Below are positions 61,901 through 64,000 of a stretch of DNA of 64,000 bases, one piece after another. The stretch lies in the NCBI RefSeq assembly GCF_037042905.1, contig NC_087251.1:20028001-20092000 (forward strand), read 5' to 3'. Both the position numbers and the translations under genes were made by a program. Each line of letters starts with the position of its first letter. Within the stretch, counting starts at the first letter, position 1. The notes under the pieces were generated by a model that made no database searches, was not told where the DNA came from, and was given only the letters and a program-made list of their open reading frames with translations. Source of the DNA: Lytechinus pictus (lineage: Eukaryota).

Positions 61901-64000
61901 CTACTACAGATTGTAATCATATTCCTGGTTATTGCACCTACTTTCTACAACATGTGATTTTGAATACTAAATGATTGAATGAGGAGTACAGTGCACGATT
62001 GTTTCAAATTCTAAGGGACTTTGAAACAGAGGGTCGTGGGTTCGAATCCCAGCCATGGCGTTATTTCCTTCAGCAAGAAACTGATCCACAGTGTGCTGCA
62101 CTCAACCCAGGTGAGGTAAATGGGTACCGGTAGGAAGTAATTCCTTAAAAAGCTGTGTGCGCTATGAACGCCTAGCTTAGCCGGGTAATATAGGAGCGCC
62201 TTGAGCACCTAACAAGGTGGATATGTGCGCAATATAAATACCCTATATTATATTATTATTATTAGATAATATAATCACTGACATAACTGAGAATGTAAGG
62301 AATGTACCTGTTGTCCAAGAGCAGAGAGATCACTCTGGAAGGAGACATGTTTCCTCTGTAAGATGGCTACTGATTGCTGATCCTTGCCCAACTCCTCTGA
62401 CATCTCATGTTGCTTCTCCTGTAACAGAAGAATATTCAAAGGCAAACATTAACAAGCTGAAACAATCATTTCTCATTCCAAGAATGAAACTTAACAGAGG
62501 GGAGAACCAAAGACAATACACATTCTTCCTTTGGTGATAACAGACAAATTTCATAAAGTAGAAAGTTATAGTTACACAAGTACAATTTGGAAATATCTCC
62601 AAGACATGTTTCTTAGAATTGATACTTCCCATTTACTTCTCATTTGATTTATCAAGCAACATTCCATTATTAAAGTCAATTTTTGTTTCATTAATTGTGA
62701 TCAACAGTGTTTCTGAATAGTGGACTTACCTGGATATGAGCAAGGACATCCTTGGCATCAGAGTAGAACTTGTGAAGCTCATATGATGCAGCCAACATCT
62801 GGAGAAACAAAAGACAAAGAAGAGAAATTTGTTTAGAATTTAAAAAAAATCTTGGTTACTTGACAAATTATTGGATTAAAAAATAAATTGAATTAAAGTA
62901 ACCATCACAAAAAGATGGAAAAGTGAATTTCAATGTTTAATACCAAACATATACTAAGGACTACAAATGAATGTAACTGGAATAAATAAAATGGTACCAG
63001 GGAACTGGATGGATGAAATAGAATGAAAAGTAAATATTTTTATGAAGAGCTTACTTTGTGTATTTTGTTTTGCAATTTGTTTTAATTTTACATTAAACTT
63101 AATGGCAATTCACAGGGTTTCTAATTACAAGGTAATAATATAAATTTAAGGAGTCAACAGGTCTTTGCCCTCAAGTGTTATTTTTCCACTGGGGAATGAT
63201 CACAAGAAAAACATATATCTTCACTTACTCTTGTTCTTGTATCAATGAGTTCAAGGAGATCAGCCCAAGCTTCATTGATTTGGTCTTTCCATTCTGCAAT
63301 GATTGCAGCGTCGGCATGACCCTCGTTGATGAGGGTATCACAGGTCCTGTTGGTGTGGGCAACCTTCTCTGTGCCAATGTTGTGGGTGTCACGGGCAAAC
63401 TCTGAAAATCGTTGCTGCAACATCTGAGTGACAAATATAGGATGAATTCATTACACATTGCTCTACATATAGCTTAAAGATGAAAAATTTGAAATTAGAA
63501 AGTAATGTATATTTATCTGAAGGTACTATCCAATTACAAAATTCCTACCATTGCATTTGACTAACATTAACTAATGCCCATGCCAAGAAATAAGTTAAAA
63601 CATCCCAATGGCAACTAGAGACCATTATAGGATGAATGAGACTTTCATCAATGAATGAGGGATGTCAAATTGATATTGATATCGATGTTCAACAATACTC
63701 TGAAACAAACCCCAGTATTTTTCAAAATTAATATTTTTTTTACACACAGTTGTTTCATAAATAGAGAAAATCAAGCCTATTAAAAAACATATATATAAGA
63801 TTTCCCCTCTTCCCCTCCCCAAAATGGGAACAAAAATGAAATGCCAACCATACCGTAACATGTTCAAGGTCCTGTCCAAGTTCATGTGAACCAGCAACAA
63901 CTTCCCTCTCAGCGATCCATTGCTCGATGTCATCAACTTCTTGGTTGAGGGCGAAGAGTCTGGTAGTCTCTTGGAGGCGTGCTCTCCTCTCCTCGGCAAG
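52791..64000 (-). CDS. SPTBN1: Beta-spectrin (conventional, SPTBN1-like), 3' portion. complement(join(52791-52998,54132-54305,55294-55539,56178-56374,58966-59070,59619-59710,60271-60355,60813-60951,61429-61673,62308-62418,62730-62798,63229-63423,63854->64000))
   Basis: Continuous spliced frame: LAEERR...EQWIAEREVVAGSHELGQDLEHVTMLQQRFSEFARDT...AWADLLELIDTR...AASYELHKFY...AAYAGDKA...RDVSGVELLMN...[11 protein letters not shown]...EVEKLIKRHEAFEK...RFTALEKLTT. Then the PH domain (EGFLMRK...KKASNRSWNHVY...YTKKKYVFRL...EFLFQAKDSEE) and RAQTLP...LKRK*. All introns GT-AG. Confidence 0.97.
53209..53868. mobile_element. piggyBac-like MITE in the last spectrin intron
   Basis: TTAA-CCCTAATAAGACTGGG ... 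CCCAGTCTATTCAGGA-TTAC; internal GGGGGGCTGAATCAGCCCCCC palindromes. Confidence 0.7.
54132..54305 (-). CDS. SPTBN1: beta-spectrin exon (PH domain)
   Basis: SWNHVYGVTHGQSLSFYKD...YTKKKYVFRL. Confidence 0.95.
54984..55150 (-). mobile_element. SINE 3' fragment
   Basis: (TAA)n tail followed by TATAGCGCATATC, the reverse complement of a SINE-type 3' end. Confidence 0.55.
55294..55539 (-). CDS. SPTBN1: beta-spectrin exon (linker and PH start)
   Basis: ...EAEGFLMRKYLYEPGGKKASNR. Confidence 0.94.
56178..56374 (-). CDS. SPTBN1: beta-spectrin exon (post-repeat linker)
   Basis: FELRELRKRQDEARR...QEQEEL; cttag| and AG|gtatgt. Confidence 0.92.
58966..59070 (-). CDS. SPTBN1: beta-spectrin exon
   Basis: NSLDEVEKLIKRHEAFEKALYCQEERFTALEKLTT. 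Confidence 0.96.
59619..59710 (-). CDS. SPTBN1: beta-spectrin exon (tetramerisation partial repeat)
   Basis: [31 protein letters not shown]. Confidence 0.96.
60271..60355 (-). CDS. SPTBN1: beta-spectrin exon
   Basis: IHAKLVQVGSKRQEMIADWEHRWEYLQL. Confidence 0.95.
60813..60951 (-). CDS. SPTBN1: beta-spectrin exon
   Basis: RDVSGVELLMNGHQNIKAEIDTR...HYASKD. Confidence 0.96.
61429..61673 (-). CDS. SPTBN1: beta-spectrin exon
   Basis: VKDVQEEAGRLRAAYAGDKA...LMMWMEDILLQIINQDKA. Confidence 0.96.
62016..62264 (+). mobile_element. tRNA-derived SINE (5'-truncated) in a spectrin intron
   Basis: B box GGTTCGAATCC at 62039-62049; core ACCCAGGTGAGGTAAATGGGTACC; (ATT)n tail; similar to the 21108 copy. 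Confidence 0.85.
62308..62418 (-). CDS. SPTBN1: beta-spectrin exon
   Basis: EKQHEMSEELGKDQQSVAILQRKHVSFQSDLSALGQQ. Confidence 0.94.
62730..62798 (-). CDS. SPTBN1: beta-spectrin exon
   Basis: MLAASYELHKFYSDAKDVLAHIQ. Confidence 0.95.
63229..63423 (-). CDS. SPTBN1: beta-spectrin exon
   Basis: MLQQRFSEFARDT...EAWADLLELIDTRTR|gtaagt. Confidence 0.96.
63854..64000 (-). CDS. SPTBN1: beta-spectrin exon (cut by window edge)
   Basis: LAEERRARLQETTRLFALNQEVDDIEQWIAEREVVAGSHELGQDLEHVT|gtatgg. Confidence 0.95.

Noticed and set aside
52696..63999. Alternative-frame and antisense ORFs over spectrin exons (and likewise over RCOR exons)
   Set aside because: Shadows of real coding exons
1..64000. Autonomous transposase, reverse transcriptase, viral or prokaryotic genes
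   Set aside because: No ORF of adequate length and no recognisable catalytic motifs anywhere in the window

Overview
AT-rich, intron-containing animal genomic DNA. The repeat families suggest a sea urchin or other echinoderm, but that is an inference. Two genes can be reconstructed exon by exon. (1) A complete 12-exon REST corepressor gene (CoREST, RCOR3-like) on + (CDS 24507-46023, 546 aa: ELM2, SANT1, linker, SANT2, Pro-rich tail). It carries an extra C4 GATA/MTA-like zinc-finger exon. (2) The 3' part (13 exons) of a conventional beta-spectrin gene on - (64000->52791: last spectrin repeats and PH domain), tail-to-tail with RCOR. At about 12.5-12.8 kb a compact bidirectional promoter appears to drive two transcripts. 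One is a + strand gene for an unrecognised 275-aa acidic, SQ/TQ-rich protein (14206-15033). The other is a - strand TCT/5'-TOP-type spliced transcript with a structured ~185-nt RNA candidate in its first intron. Intergenic DNA and introns are dense with non-autonomous DNA transposons (several with exact 8-bp or TTAA/ATAT target-site duplications, some nested) and tRNA-derived SINEs. The best hidden signals are a 30-nt in-frame microexon candidate in spectrin, a recursive-splice or poison-exon site in RCOR intron 2, the RCOR zinc-finger cassette, and the divergent orphan/ncRNA-host pair. All exon calls come from manual reading; no database searches or folding programs were run.
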